From: Promethearchaeota archaeon
GTDB lineage: Archaea; Asgardarchaeota; Lokiarchaeia; Sigyniarchaeales; SOKP01
Direction: 5' to 3'
NCBI GenBank assembly: GCA_016840085.1
Contig: JAEOTA010000004.1
Span: forward strand, 15,809 to 79,808
Length of the DNA: 64,000 nt
In this document: positions 46,668 through 56,772 of the stretch, piece by piece
How positions within the stretch are numbered: the stretch's first letter is position 1
Layout: each line of letters starts with the position of its first letter
Position numbers and translations under genes: made by a program
The notes under the pieces: model-generated
What the model saw: only the letters and a program-made list of their open reading frames with translations
What the model was told of the DNA's origin: nothing
Databases searched by the model: none

Positions 46668-47216
46668 CTACGTGTTTTTGGGATCAAATTTTAAATTCAT
46701 ATTGGTTTTATCCAATTCAAAATTAATAATAAGATTAGATATCGAATCACTTTCTATCTTGAAAGAATGTTTACCTTTAGATAATAAATTAAGATTCTCT
46801 TCGTCTAACTTTATTAAAACACTAACTCTATCTCCTAATGCTATAGTTCTCCCGCTGAACTTACCCTTAAGGATATCATCCAATTTAAATGATTCTTCCT
46901 TATGGTAAATGGTGAAATGATCTTTAATCATTTCTAAATTTATAGATTCTTTAGAAATTTTAATTTGGATCTCATCTAGAAATAATTTTGTGTGTTCAGA
47001 TAAATCAAAATTATCGATATCAAAGCTTTTTATATCAAAATCTCCAATTTCAATGTTTTCAGGGACTACAAAAGGGATCAGTAAATTAATCACTTTTATT
47101 TGTATCGAATCTACTTTTCCATCACCGGTGGTGTCGACGGTAAATACACATTTTTTAGGCGGGAAAAGTTTTTTAATTAATACTTTAAAAGAAGTTAAAT
47201 CATATGGTATAAGCAA
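46668..47216 (-). CDS. hypothetical protein
   Basis: 182-aa ORF that looks beta-rich. No motif recognised. Confidence 0.4.
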   Translation of the reverse strand: MLIPYDLTSFKVLIKKLFPPKKCVFTVDTTGDGKVDSIQIKVINLLIPFVVPENIEIGDFDIKSFDIDNFDLSEHTKLFLDEIQIKISKESINLEMIKDHFTIYHKEESFKLDDILKGKFSGRTIALGDRVSVLIKLDEENLNLLSKGKHSFKIESDSISNLIINFELDKTNMNLKFDPKNT

Positions 47217-47242
47217 TCACCCCGATGATTTTTTTTATTTAA

Positions 47243-48265
47243 TTATATATCTACTTCAGAAATTTTTACAGGGCGATTATCTTCATATGATTTTTGAGCA
47301 GCTTTAGCTACGAGAACATCTTGCAGACCATCTTCCCCGTTTGGTAAAGGTTCTATATTTTTACGCAAGCATTCAAAGAAACTTTTCAATTCAGTTGCGT
47401 AAGATTCCATATATCTTTCTAAGAAAAAGTATGGAATCTTGTCTATATTGGTGCATTCTGCTGTGTAAATCCGAACGGTGTTAGTAGCCTCATTATCTGC
47501 TACTACGCATCCTTTAGATCCAAACACTTCAACCCGTTGATCGTATCCATAAACTGCTTGACGAGTATTATCAATTATTCCTATAGCGCCATTTTTAAAT
47601 TTTAGAAGGGCAACAGCGGTATCTATATCTCCTACCTTACCAATTTCCGGATCAATAAGTACTGCACCAGTTGCATAGATTTCTTCTACCTCACTCCCGG
47701 CTTGAAATCGTGCCATATCCCAATCATGAATCGTCATATCTAAAAACATCCCACCCGAGACCTTTATATATTCTATTGGAGGGGGAGCAGGATCTCGAGA
47801 AGTAATTTTAACGATATGAGGTTCACCTATTTGACCAGAGGCAACTGATTCATGACACCTTATAAAATTACGATCAAAGCGTCGGTTAAACCCAACCATG
47901 AGTTTTATTCCCGATTTTTCAACAATTGAAAGTGTTTTTTTAATCCGTTTTATATCTGTATCGATAGGTTTCTCACAAAAGACATGTTTTTTTGCCTTGG
48001 CAGCTTCTTGAATAAATTTTGTATGTGTGTCTGTAGAAGAACAAATCACTACAACCTCAATTTTAGGATCATCAAAGATTTCATTTGGGTCCGAAGTGAG
48101 TTTTATCACACCCATTTCAGCCGCCCATTGTTTTAAGTCATCGTTTATTTTAATATCAGCTACAATTTTTAAATTAATATCAGATATCTTATGTAACAGA
48201 TTTTCAGTATGTATTTTTCCGATTCTACCTGCTCCAATTACTCCAACGGTAAATTTTTTTACCAT
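47243..48265 (-). CDS. Gfo/Idh/MocA oxidoreductase, inositol 2-dehydrogenase-like
   Basis: VGVIGAGRIGKIHTENL Rossmann N-terminus and VFCEKP motif. Confidence 0.7.
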   Translation of the reverse strand: MVKKFTVGVIGAGRIGKIHTENLLHKISDINLKIVADIKINDDLKQWAAEMGVIKLTSDPNEIFDDPKIEVVVICSSTDTHTKFIQEAAKAKKHVFCEKPIDTDIKRIKKTLSIVEKSGIKLMVGFNRRFDRNFIRCHESVASGQIGEPHIVKITSRDPAPPPIEYIKVSGGMFLDMTIHDWDMARFQAGSEVEEIYATGAVLIDPEIGKVGDIDTAVALLKFKNGAIGIIDNTRQAVYGYDQRVEVFGSKGCVVADNEATNTVRIYTAECTNIDKIPYFFLERYMESYATELKSFFECLRKNIEPLPNGEDGLQDVLVAKAAQKSYEDNRPVKISEVDI

Positions 48266-48426
48266 AATATATCACTTAAAAACCTTGAATAATTTGATTT
48301 CAGATTATTAGAGGAGATTACTAAACCTCAAATTTCTGATCAAAAATAATAGATTTATATTTATTTAAGTCTAAATTGATTTAATTAATTAAAAATTTAC
48401 TATCAAATAATAAAAGTGTTAGCGTA

Positions 48427-49860
48427 ATGACTGAAAAACCGTCTTTGGAAGAATCTCAAAAAATCTCACTAAAAAAGAAAATTGCTTTTGCATTTGGAGA
48501 AGTAGGAGATAATACCGCAATGCAAACATTTTCATTTCTGATTTTTACATTCTATTTTGCAATTGTAGGGTTACCCGTATTATGGATTGCTGCTGGTTTT
48601 ATCCTATGGAGTGTGTGGAATAGTATAAATGATCCATTAATAGGATATCTATCTGATCGAACTAAAAGTAGGTGGGGGCGACGAATACCCTGGATGGTAG
48701 GCGCCACTATACCATTAGCAATTGTAATGATATTACTTTTTACACCTCCAATTGATCTTGACTCATCCTCAATTAACTTCATATATTTCTTTGTAATCCT
48801 CGTACTATTCGACACTACTTACACCGCATTTAATCTTAATTATAATGCTATTTTTTCAGAAATGTATGTCTCAATGAAAGCTCGTAGCTCTGTAGGAAAA
48901 ATAAGGATAAGTTTTGTAATGCTTGCATTAATTTTTGCGTTTCTTCTTCCTACACTTATTATTAATAATATTCTAGGTGTTATACCAGATACAGATCCCC
49001 CCATATCAGATCCAAATACGCTAGGACAATATCAATTAACCGGAATTATAGCAGCAGTTATTATTGTTGTATCATATTTCATTATCTTGAAATGGGGAGT
49101 AAAAGAACCAAAGCATATTTCAAAAGACGCTGAAACTGCTATGTCCTTTACTAATACAATCAAATACACCTTTAAGAATAAATCATTTCAATGGTTTTTG
49201 ATACCTGCATTAGGTACATGGATTGTTATTAATATTTTACCAACCTTAGCACCTCTTTTTATGACTCATGCCCTTGAAATTGAAGATACAGAATTAATTG
49301 GCCTTCTACTTGCGTTACAATTCATTGTAGCGGCACTCTCTACGCCACTGTGGGAAAAAATCCGAATTATGAAAGGAGCTCGTGCTGCAGGATTAATAGG
49401 AATACTAGTATGGATATTTCCTATTATAATTTTTGCTTTTTCGAGCAGTATTGAAATGGCTTTTATTGTGCAAATATTTAATGGTATCGGATTAGGAGGT
49501 GGGCTGTATTTTTATGATCAATGCATCGCGGAAATTATTGATGAGGATGAAATTACACACGGTACACGACGATCTGGTATATATTACGCAGTTCTTAATT
49601 TTCTAATTAGGATCTCAGCGATTATCAATTTCTTCATAATTGCTATTGTGTTTACTACAACAGATTGGTATACTTACTCACCAAATCCTGACGTAAATAC
49701 AATTTTAGGGCTCCAAATTTTAATGGGTGTTTATCCTGCTATTGTTCTAGTAATTTCATGGATCGGAATGTATTTCTACCCTATTAAAGGAGAAAAATTA
49801 ATAGAAAATAGAAAGAAATTGACAGAATTACATGAAAAAAAGCAAAAAATGCATAAATGA
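48427..49860 (+). CDS. glycoside-pentoside-hexuronide (GPH):cation symporter family transporter
   Basis: DPLIGYLSDRTKSRWGRRIPWM is the GPH/MelB signature. 12 TM segments. Confidence 0.8.
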   Translation: MTEKPSLEESQKISLKKKIAFAFGEVGDNTAMQTFSFLIFTFYFAIVGLPVLWIAAGFILWSVWNSINDPLIGYLSDRTKSRWGRRIPWMVGATIPLAIVMILLFTPPIDLDSSSINFIYFFVILVLFDTTYTAFNLNYNAIFSEMYVSMKARSSVGKIRISFVMLALIFAFLLPTLIINNILGVIPDTDPPISDPNTLGQYQLTGIIAAVIIVVSYFIILKWGVKEPKHISKDAETAMSFTNTIKYTFKNKSFQWFLIPALGTWIVINILPTLAPLFMTHALEIEDTELIGLLLALQFIVAALSTPLWEKIRIMKGARAAGLIGILVWIFPIIIFAFSSSIEMAFIVQIFNGIGLGGGLYFYDQCIAEIIDEDEITHGTRRSGIYYAVLNFLIRISAIINFFIIAIVFTTTDWYTYSPNPDVNTILGLQILMGVYPAIVLVISWIGMYFYPIKGEKLIENRKKLTELHEKKQKMHK

Positions 49861-49976
49861 AATTAATTAATCACTTTTTTTTCTAATTTACAGAATTCAT
49901 TAGATTTTCAATATTTAGTAAAACTTTATTTTCAAAATAGACTATTTTATTTAGATAAATATAAGGGTACAATCAT

Positions 49977-51155
49977 ATGAAAGCTGTAGAATTATCTGCA
50001 AAATGGGATCCAAAACCAGATTTTAAACTTGGATCCAAAGATATAGAAGGAAAATTAACTTATTTAGGTTCTCAAGTATGGCGTAATCCTGTCGTTAAGG
50101 TACGAGAAAAAGATAAACCTCAAATTAAACCAAATGAAGTATTGGTTAAAGTAAAAAGGTGCGGAATTTGTGGCTCAGATGTCCATATGGCTCAAACATA
50201 TGAAGATGGTTACATTTATTACCCTGGTTTGACAGCTTTTCCTGTCACTCTTGGACATGAGTTTGCTGGGGAGATTATAGAAGTTGGAAAAAAAGCAATT
50301 AATAAGAGAACTGGAAAACTTTATAAAACAGGAGAACCAGTCACAGTAGAAGAGATGGTTTGGTGTGGCGAATGTAAACCTTGTTGTGATGGGTTTCCAA
50401 ATCACTGTGAAAGATTACAAGAAATAGGATTTTCTATTGATGGTGCATACGCTGAATTTATTGCTGTTCCAGCAAAATTATGTTGGAGTTTGAAGAAGTT
50501 AGAACAGAAATATGAAGATGTTTTTAAAATTGGCAGTTTAGTAGAACCAACTTCAGTAGCATATAACGCAGTTATAGAAAGAGGTGGTGGAATTCGACCT
50601 GGTGAAAATGTCATTATATTAGGTGGAGGACCCATTGGCTTAGCAGCAACGAAGATTTTAAAAACTGCAGGAGCTGCTGTATGTATCGTTTCAGAACCAG
50701 AGGAGACTAGAGCTTCAATAGCTAAAAAATTAGGTGCTGACTATGTAATTAATCCCATTAAGGAAGATTTTGTTGAAAAAGTAAAAGAATATACTGATAA
50801 CGAAGGAGCTACTCTCTATCTTGAAGCAACTGGATTACCAGATATTGTAACAGATGATATACAAAATACAATATGGGAATGTAAAACTGTTAATAGTACA
50901 GTAGTTATTGTAGCAAGAGCAGAACAAAGAATGCCCGTTTGTGGAGAATATTTCCAAGTTAGGAGAGCTCGCATCGTTGGTTCTCAAGGGCATTCTGGCC
51001 ATGGTAATTTTCCAAACGTCATTAGTTGTATGGCCGCTGGCATGGATCTTATTCCGATGATTACAAAAGAGATAAGTCTTGATGAAGTCCCTGAAAATTT
51101 GAAATTATTACTATCCGATCGAGAAAATTGTAAAATATCTTCAGTAATAGGTTAA
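49977..51155 (+). CDS. zinc-dependent alcohol/polyol dehydrogenase (MDR family)
   Basis: GICGSDVHM, GHEFAGEI, structural-Zn cysteines CGECKPCC..C, and GGGPIGL. Confidence 0.85.
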   Translation: MKAVELSAKWDPKPDFKLGSKDIEGKLTYLGSQVWRNPVVKVREKDKPQIKPNEVLVKVKRCGICGSDVHMAQTYEDGYIYYPGLTAFPVTLGHEFAGEIIEVGKKAINKRTGKLYKTGEPVTVEEMVWCGECKPCCDGFPNHCERLQEIGFSIDGAYAEFIAVPAKLCWSLKKLEQKYEDVFKIGSLVEPTSVAYNAVIERGGGIRPGENVIILGGGPIGLAATKILKTAGAAVCIVSEPEETRASIAKKLGADYVINPIKEDFVEKVKEYTDNEGATLYLEATGLPDIVTDDIQNTIWECKTVNSTVVIVARAEQRMPVCGEYFQVRRARIVGSQGHSGHGNFPNVISCMAAGMDLIPMITKEISLDEVPENLKLLLSDRENCKISSVIG

Positions 51156-51207
51156 AAATGTAGTCAATAAAAATATTATATTTTTTTTTTAATTTTTTAA
51201 ATAAAAC

Positions 51208-52623
51208 TTAAATCCTAGATCTTTTTAAAGAATTTCTCTTATTAAAGGGAGGAACCGAATTAATACAATTTTTAAAAACTTCTTTCATTAAATTTTCACC
51301 TAAAGAGAGCATGAATGCTAGACCTTTACTACCATCTTTTCTAATAGTTTCTTTTTGACGAATTTCATATTTGATATCAAATTTTCCTTTAATATCCTCT
51401 AAGAATTTTTTGCTCCCACTTGTTATAAGAGTTTTTCCTTTCGACCCATCTCCGTCCCAATAACCAAGTAAAAACCCTAAATATATATTTAAGCTTGCTT
51501 TTAACTCTGGTAATCTTATATTAGAAGATTTGTTTTTCCCAACTATAAAACCAAGATTTTTCAAGTGTTGTACAAATTTTTTGCTTTTAAATTGAATCCT
51601 AATAGTGTCTTTAAATTCGAAATGCTCATCATAATTAAAATTAGAATCAATTATAGATACAATTCTAAAATGCGTAATTTTGTTAATTTTATGTATATCA
51701 AAACCAATATCCTTAGCAAACTTCAGTATGAGGTCTTGTGCATCATTGGACATTTCAATACCGAATATAACTTGATTAGAGTTTTTATCTAGAGTCATAT
51801 ATCCATCAGCGAAGATTAGTCCTAACCAATAACCTTTTAGTACAGAATTAATATTTTTAAAGTAATCCTCATTAAATTCTGATTGATGTCTTAAAATACC
51901 TTGGTTTGATTTTGGTAAGTCATTGAATTCACGATAACGGCTAAAAATATCTATTATAGTTGTTAAATCTAAATCCTGAAGCTTTCTTATTAAATTGTTT
52001 TCAAATTCTTGTAAAACATTTTCTGAAAACAGATAATGAGGATTATTATGAATATCGTATATACGGTCAGTTATATATGCGTTATATTTTCCAATTAGTC
52101 TACTCAGTGAATAATTTGTAATTTCAATTGATGCCTCTCTAAAAGTGATTATCTTTGTAATTTTTCGTTTTAGTTGCTCAATAAATTTCAACTGTTTACG
52201 AGGTGTAGTAAGTGTATTAAATAAATCTAAGCTATTCTTATAACTATAAGTTTCAATGAGATAGAAAATATTTTGACTTAATATTCCAAATCTTTGTTCT
52301 AAAGTTTTTTTCCATTTTTTTATTATTTTTTTTGAAATTTGAAAACTAGGATCATTATTAATTTTTAATTTTATATTTTGTGTAATATATTGATCAGAAT
52401 ATCCCAATATTCGACTTAATTCTTTATCAGTTAATTTAATAGACACCAAGGAGAGATGTACTATTCTTTCGATTTCGTGTTTTAAATCGTATATAAAATC
52501 TATCGTATTATAGCTAATATGTCTAATAGGCTTCTCAGAAAATTTACTGCTGCCAAAATATTTCCATTTAGAATGAAATACAAAAAAATCGGGATCTTCT
52601 TGATTGGCAATAATCTTTAACAT
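51208..52623 (-). mobile_element. free-standing double-motif LAGLIDADG homing-endonuclease-like gene with N-terminal duplicated HTH-like segments
   Basis: Two LAGLIDADG motifs, YWLGLIFADGYM and YLGFLLGYWDGDGSKG, about 110 aa apart. It is wedged between an intact gene and a relic of that gene's 3' end. Confidence 0.7.
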
Positions 52624-52824
52624 TTTCTCTTAAAACTTTTTAAATTTTTTTCAATTATCTCTAAAACTATAGATTTTTAACCTAAAAAGCCGTGATTTAA
52701 TTTTACAATCTCTCTCTTTTTATTAGATTCATTTTCGTGTATTATTAGTTATAATTTGCTTATGAATTTAAAAGAAAAGACTGTAAAATATTAGTAAAAA
52801 ATAAAATATTAGTAAAACGATCAC

Positions 52825-52964
52825 AAATTTGCCCCTATAGTGATAAAAGAAATAACATGACCCCAATGATAACAAAAGAAATCTCACTTGACAAAGTTCC
52901 CGAAAATCTTATACTTTTACAAATCGATAAGGAACAATGTAAAATTTCAATCAAACTTAGTTAA
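52825..52964 (+). pseudogene. diverged relic of the 3' end of the Zn-dehydrogenase gene
   Basis: 52857..52964 reads MTPMITKEISLDKVPENLILLQIDKEQCKISIKLS*. The ADH C-terminus is LIPMITKEISLDEVPENLKLLLSDRENCKISSVIG*. Confidence 0.75.
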
Positions 52965-53093
52965 AAAATTAAGAATAATAATCTTCTATTAATTTTTAAA
53001 GATAAAGTAACTCTTAAGAATCATAACTTTTTTATATCATTTTCATCTATTTTTGTTATTCATAAATAATAAATTAGGAAGAGATCTGATAAT

Positions 53094-53687
53094 ATGAATG
53101 AAAATCATAATGAGGAAGAAGATATTGAATTAAATGAAGAAGTTGAAAGCGATAAACAAATTCTTGAAAATAAAAAAAAACAAGAAGAAATTGCTATAAA
53201 AAGAAGAGAGGTTTCTGATTTTAAAACTGAACATCCAGAATCTCTCGAAATTAGCGAAAGTGAACCTTTTTATAGAGCTCCATTAACTAATATTATAGAA
53301 GGCGAAGATGTATATTATATTCTCGTTGAATTACCAGGATTAAATAAAAAAAATGTAAAAATTTCTTTACAAGAAGGAATCTTAGAACTAGTTGGAGAAA
53401 AAGCAATAAAAGAGAAAGAAAAAAAAGACGAGAAGAAGGAGAAAGATAAAAAAGAAAAAAAAGATGAAAAGAAAGAAAAAGACAAGAAAAAAGAAAAAAT
53501 AAAGGAAATTAAAGGGGACTTTTTAAGGAGAGAATTTCGAGTAGCTAACTTCTATAGATGCTTTCAGTTACCTGAAGATGTATCCACTGAAGATATTGAT
53601 GCAAATTTTAAAAATGGTGTTCTACAATTAAAAATGATTAAAAAGACTGCTAAATTAAGAGAAAAGAAACTGATAGAAATCAAATAA
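53094..53687 (+). CDS. small heat-shock protein (Hsp20/alpha-crystallin) with a K/E-rich insertion
   Basis: VYYILVELPGLNKKNVKISL...FRVANFYRCFQLPEDV...ANFKNGVLQLKM, with KEKEKKDEKKEKDKKEKKDEKKEKDKKKEK inserted between them. Confidence 0.8.
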   Translation: MNENHNEEEDIELNEEVESDKQILENKKKQEEIAIKRREVSDFKTEHPESLEISESEPFYRAPLTNIIEGEDVYYILVELPGLNKKNVKISLQEGILELVGEKAIKEKEKKDEKKEKDKKEKKDEKKEKDKKKEKIKEIKGDFLRREFRVANFYRCFQLPEDVSTEDIDANFKNGVLQLKMIKKTAKLREKKLIEIK

Positions 53688-53734
53688 CTTCTATTTTTTA
53701 TCGCAATTTTATATTTTATTCATTTAGTTCATTT

Positions 53735-54586
53735 TTATAAAACTGACCTTAGATATTCAGACGATTCTTGGGCAACTTCTTCAAAAGAAGGTTTCATGAT
53801 AGTTTCTAATGAGGCAAAACCATTATAGCCTGATCTTTTAAAAATATTTAGAAATGTTCTGAAATCGAAATGTCCTGTTCCTGGAGCCCTTCGTGTGCAA
53901 TCTGCTAAATGCAGATGAGAAACATAATGAGTTATTTCTTCTAAGTAGTCCCAAATAAACCCAGGATCTTCTTCTAAATAAGTGTGATAAGTATCAATTA
54001 ATAGTTTTAAATTTTCATAGCCAATTTCTTCTATCAATTCTATTGATTCTGAGATTGTATTATAAGAATCAATTTCAAATCGGTTAATAGGTTCAAATAG
54101 TAATTCAACATTATAGTTTTCTGCTAATCTGCAACATTCTTTCAATGATGACTTGATGTTCATCTTCTCTTTTTTTTGATTACTCTCGAAATCATATCGA
54201 CCCCTAATTAAACCTATAATAACTTTCGATTTAACCTTAGTAGCAAATTCTATATATTTTTCTATTCTCTCAATAGCTTTTTTTCTTATAGTTTCACTAA
54301 TATGCCCTAATGAACAACCAAATCGTATAAAGGTGTTTCCTGTTCCTAATGCGGGGATTTCCATTTCATAAGAATCTTGAATTTCTTCAATCCTTTTCGC
54401 GTTAATTTTTTCTGGTTCTAATAAACTTAATTCAATTCCTTTATAATTTAGCGGTTTTAAAAACTCACATAGGGAAGTAAACTTTTTTATTACATCTTCT
54501 TGATTACGGTTGGATTCATCGAGAGCAGATACAATACTCAATCGCATATAATTCTTAATATCTAGGATTATTAAAAAGTTTAACAT
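53735..54586 (-). CDS. xylose-isomerase-like TIM-barrel protein (sugar phosphate isomerase/epimerase family)
   Basis: HLHLADCTRRAPGTGHFDF and ELSL/EPIN patterns. The likely ATG start is at 54547. Confidence 0.65.
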   Translation of the reverse strand: MLNFLIILDIKNYMRLSIVSALDESNRNQEDVIKKFTSLCEFLKPLNYKGIELSLLEPEKINAKRIEEIQDSYEMEIPALGTGNTFIRFGCSLGHISETIRKKAIERIEKYIEFATKVKSKVIIGLIRGRYDFESNQKKEKMNIKSSLKECCRLAENYNVELLFEPINRFEIDSYNTISESIELIEEIGYENLKLLIDTYHTYLEEDPGFIWDYLEEITHYVSHLHLADCTRRAPGTGHFDFRTFLNIFKRSGYNGFASLETIMKPSFEEVAQESSEYLRSVL

Positions 54587-54641
54587 ATATGACTAACTTT
54601 TATAATTAATACAACTTAATTTTAGAGGTTAAAATGAAAAA

Positions 54642-55610
54642 ATGAGCAAATGGAATCTACCACCTAAAGATGTGGGACATATGGATAAACCAAATGGAAT
54701 ATACCTTCAAACAATGTCAATCCTTGAGATTAATGAACGTCTAAAAGAGAATGATGTGATTATAATACCAATAGGTTCTACAGAGAATCATGGATCAGCA
54801 GCATGTATAGGAGAAGATACTTTTTTAGTAACACGAATGGCAGAATTAATCGCTCAAAAAACAGGTTGCACTGTTGCGGAGCCAATTTGGTATGGGAGTC
54901 ATCCTTATCATCATGTTGGAATGCCAGGTTCTATAATTGTTCCCGAAAAAATCTTTAAAGGTATAGTAAGAGCAGTTATTGCCGGATTGTGGAATATGGG
55001 TTTCAGAAAGCAAATATTACTAAATGGACACGGACAAGAATATGTAATTCCCTCAGCAATTCATGAGTGGGCTAAGAACTACCAACTCCCGGCATTGCTA
55101 TGTAATGTTAACTGGTACCATGCCATTCCAAATCATTGTATGGATAAAGAACATGGAGGGCCATTTGAAACACCTTTTATTCATGCGGATGAGGCAGAAA
55201 CCTCATTTTCGATGGCATTATTTCCTGAAATGATAAAATTAGAAAAAGCATGTGACAATGAGCCTGTTGGATGGATGCCAGAAGGTCATGTTGATAAGGC
55301 AGGGAATATATATCAAAGACCAATCAAATGGTATGGTCAAGTAGGATTTGGTCCAATAGAGGTTGCTGCTTATCCAGAAGGAAATGTTGGATGCCCAAGT
55401 AAGGCATCTTTAGAAAAAGGGTTACCAGGTATAGAAGCACTCTTAGATTATTTGGAAAAATTAGTTAATGACATACTAAAAACCTTCCCTCCTGGAAAAT
55501 TACCACCAGTTGAAGGTATTACTCAACGAGATCCTAAAGAAGTTGAAAAGTATATCAAAGGAGCTCTTAAAGGTGGGAAGAGCATTTACGAATTAAGATA
55601 TCCACCTTAA
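54642..55610 (+). CDS. creatininase-family amidohydrolase
   Basis: IIIPIGSTENHG and LNGHGQE motifs. Confidence 0.75.
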   Translation: MSKWNLPPKDVGHMDKPNGIYLQTMSILEINERLKENDVIIIPIGSTENHGSAACIGEDTFLVTRMAELIAQKTGCTVAEPIWYGSHPYHHVGMPGSIIVPEKIFKGIVRAVIAGLWNMGFRKQILLNGHGQEYVIPSAIHEWAKNYQLPALLCNVNWYHAIPNHCMDKEHGGPFETPFIHADEAETSFSMALFPEMIKLEKACDNEPVGWMPEGHVDKAGNIYQRPIKWYGQVGFGPIEVAAYPEGNVGCPSKASLEKGLPGIEALLDYLEKLVNDILKTFPPGKLPPVEGITQRDPKEVEKYIKGALKGGKSIYELRYPP

Positions 55611-55688
55611 ACTTTTATTTTTTGTTTTTTTATGAGAGTTTTAAGATTGAATAAAGCTTAATTTAAAATTGAAAAAAGAAAAAAAAAA

Positions 55689-56171
55689 TTATATTTTCGC
55701 ACCACAATAGGTACAATATTGAGCAGACTCTTTACTTATTGGTGTTCCACAATTAAAACAATATTTTCCACGTTCTTCAGTATTTACAGGCTCTTCTGGG
55801 ATAGTTAAATGTTTAATTTGTCCTGTTTTTGTCGAAAACTTTCCTACCAGCTGACCAGAAGCTTTTAAATCTAAAATAATGGCTTGAACATCCTTTTCTG
55901 TTATTCCTGTACTCATACTCACATCTTCTATTGAAGCTTCAGGATTTGTTTGGAACTCTTGCAACACAACATTCCGTAATTTACTCCTATTAGCTATTGC
56001 TACGATTTGACTGGATAAAATAGCAGCACCAATCCCTATTGCTATAAATCCCCACCATGACCACCTATCCCACGGTATAAAACTTGTTATACCCCACCAG
56101 AAAAAAGCACCAGCTATTATAAAAGTACAAACTGAAACACTATCAGAATATTGATTTTTTTCATATTTCAT
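55689..56171 (-). CDS. membrane protein with a cytoplasmic winged-helix-like segment and a C-terminal zinc ribbon
   Basis: Two N-terminal TM helices and a C-terminal CFNCG...CTYCG. Confidence 0.45.
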   Translation of the reverse strand: MKYEKNQYSDSVSVCTFIIAGAFFWWGITSFIPWDRWSWWGFIAIGIGAAILSSQIVAIANRSKLRNVVLQEFQTNPEASIEDVSMSTGITEKDVQAIILDLKASGQLVGKFSTKTGQIKHLTIPEEPVNTEERGKYCFNCGTPISKESAQYCTYCGAKI

Positions 56172-56297
56172 CTAAATTACCTCACTTAGAGTGATATTTA
56201 ATTGGAATATTAAATCAATATTTAAATGTTTTTAAGAGTCCAATTTCTAATTTGTTAAAAAAAAATACAAGCAGTCAGTGGATGAATAAAAAACCAT

Positions 56298-56717
56298 TCA
56301 ATTTGTGATTATACACTTATTTATTACTCCAAAGACCGATGAGAAATCAATTTGATCTTCCATTAACACGACAATGATTTTTCCTAAAATTTTAACTGAG
56401 AGAATGTAGAAATTGTCTGTGTGTATTAATGTGAAATCAGGGTTATGAACTCCTATTTCTGCTGCTATTTCTTCAGCTAACTCATATAACTGCGACATAT
56501 TTAAACCTATTGAAGTTTTATTGAACTCTTGACTAATATATGACTTAATTACAACGCCATTCTCAGAAGTAATTAAAATAAAATATAATCCAGATTGTCC
56601 GAATTCTTTTATTAATCTATCTATGACTAAGTTAACTTCTAAAGTCGCAGTCATTATGTTATAATTAAACATCACTCTATTTAAGAATTTATGGTAAAAC
56701 CTTTTATCTTGGTTCAA
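56298..56717 (-). CDS. Roadblock/LC7-like protein
   Basis: 139 aa with GLYFILITSENGVVIKSY ... YILSVKILGKIIVVLM. Confidence 0.5.
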   Translation of the reverse strand: MNQDKRFYHKFLNRVMFNYNIMTATLEVNLVIDRLIKEFGQSGLYFILITSENGVVIKSYISQEFNKTSIGLNMSQLYELAEEIAAEIGVHNPDFTLIHTDNFYILSVKILGKIIVVLMEDQIDFSSVFGVINKCIITN

Positions 56718-56772
56718 AATCCTGGATTATCTAAATAATTATAATTTATAAAGTGTTAGCAAATAATGGAAA

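Noticed and set aside
52787-52817. Short direct repeat AAAATATTAGTAAAA (two copies) between the endonuclease gene and the ADH relic, as an att or target-site duplication
   Set aside because: It is low-complexity AT sequence with adjacent copies, does not flank the insert, and is easily produced by slippage.
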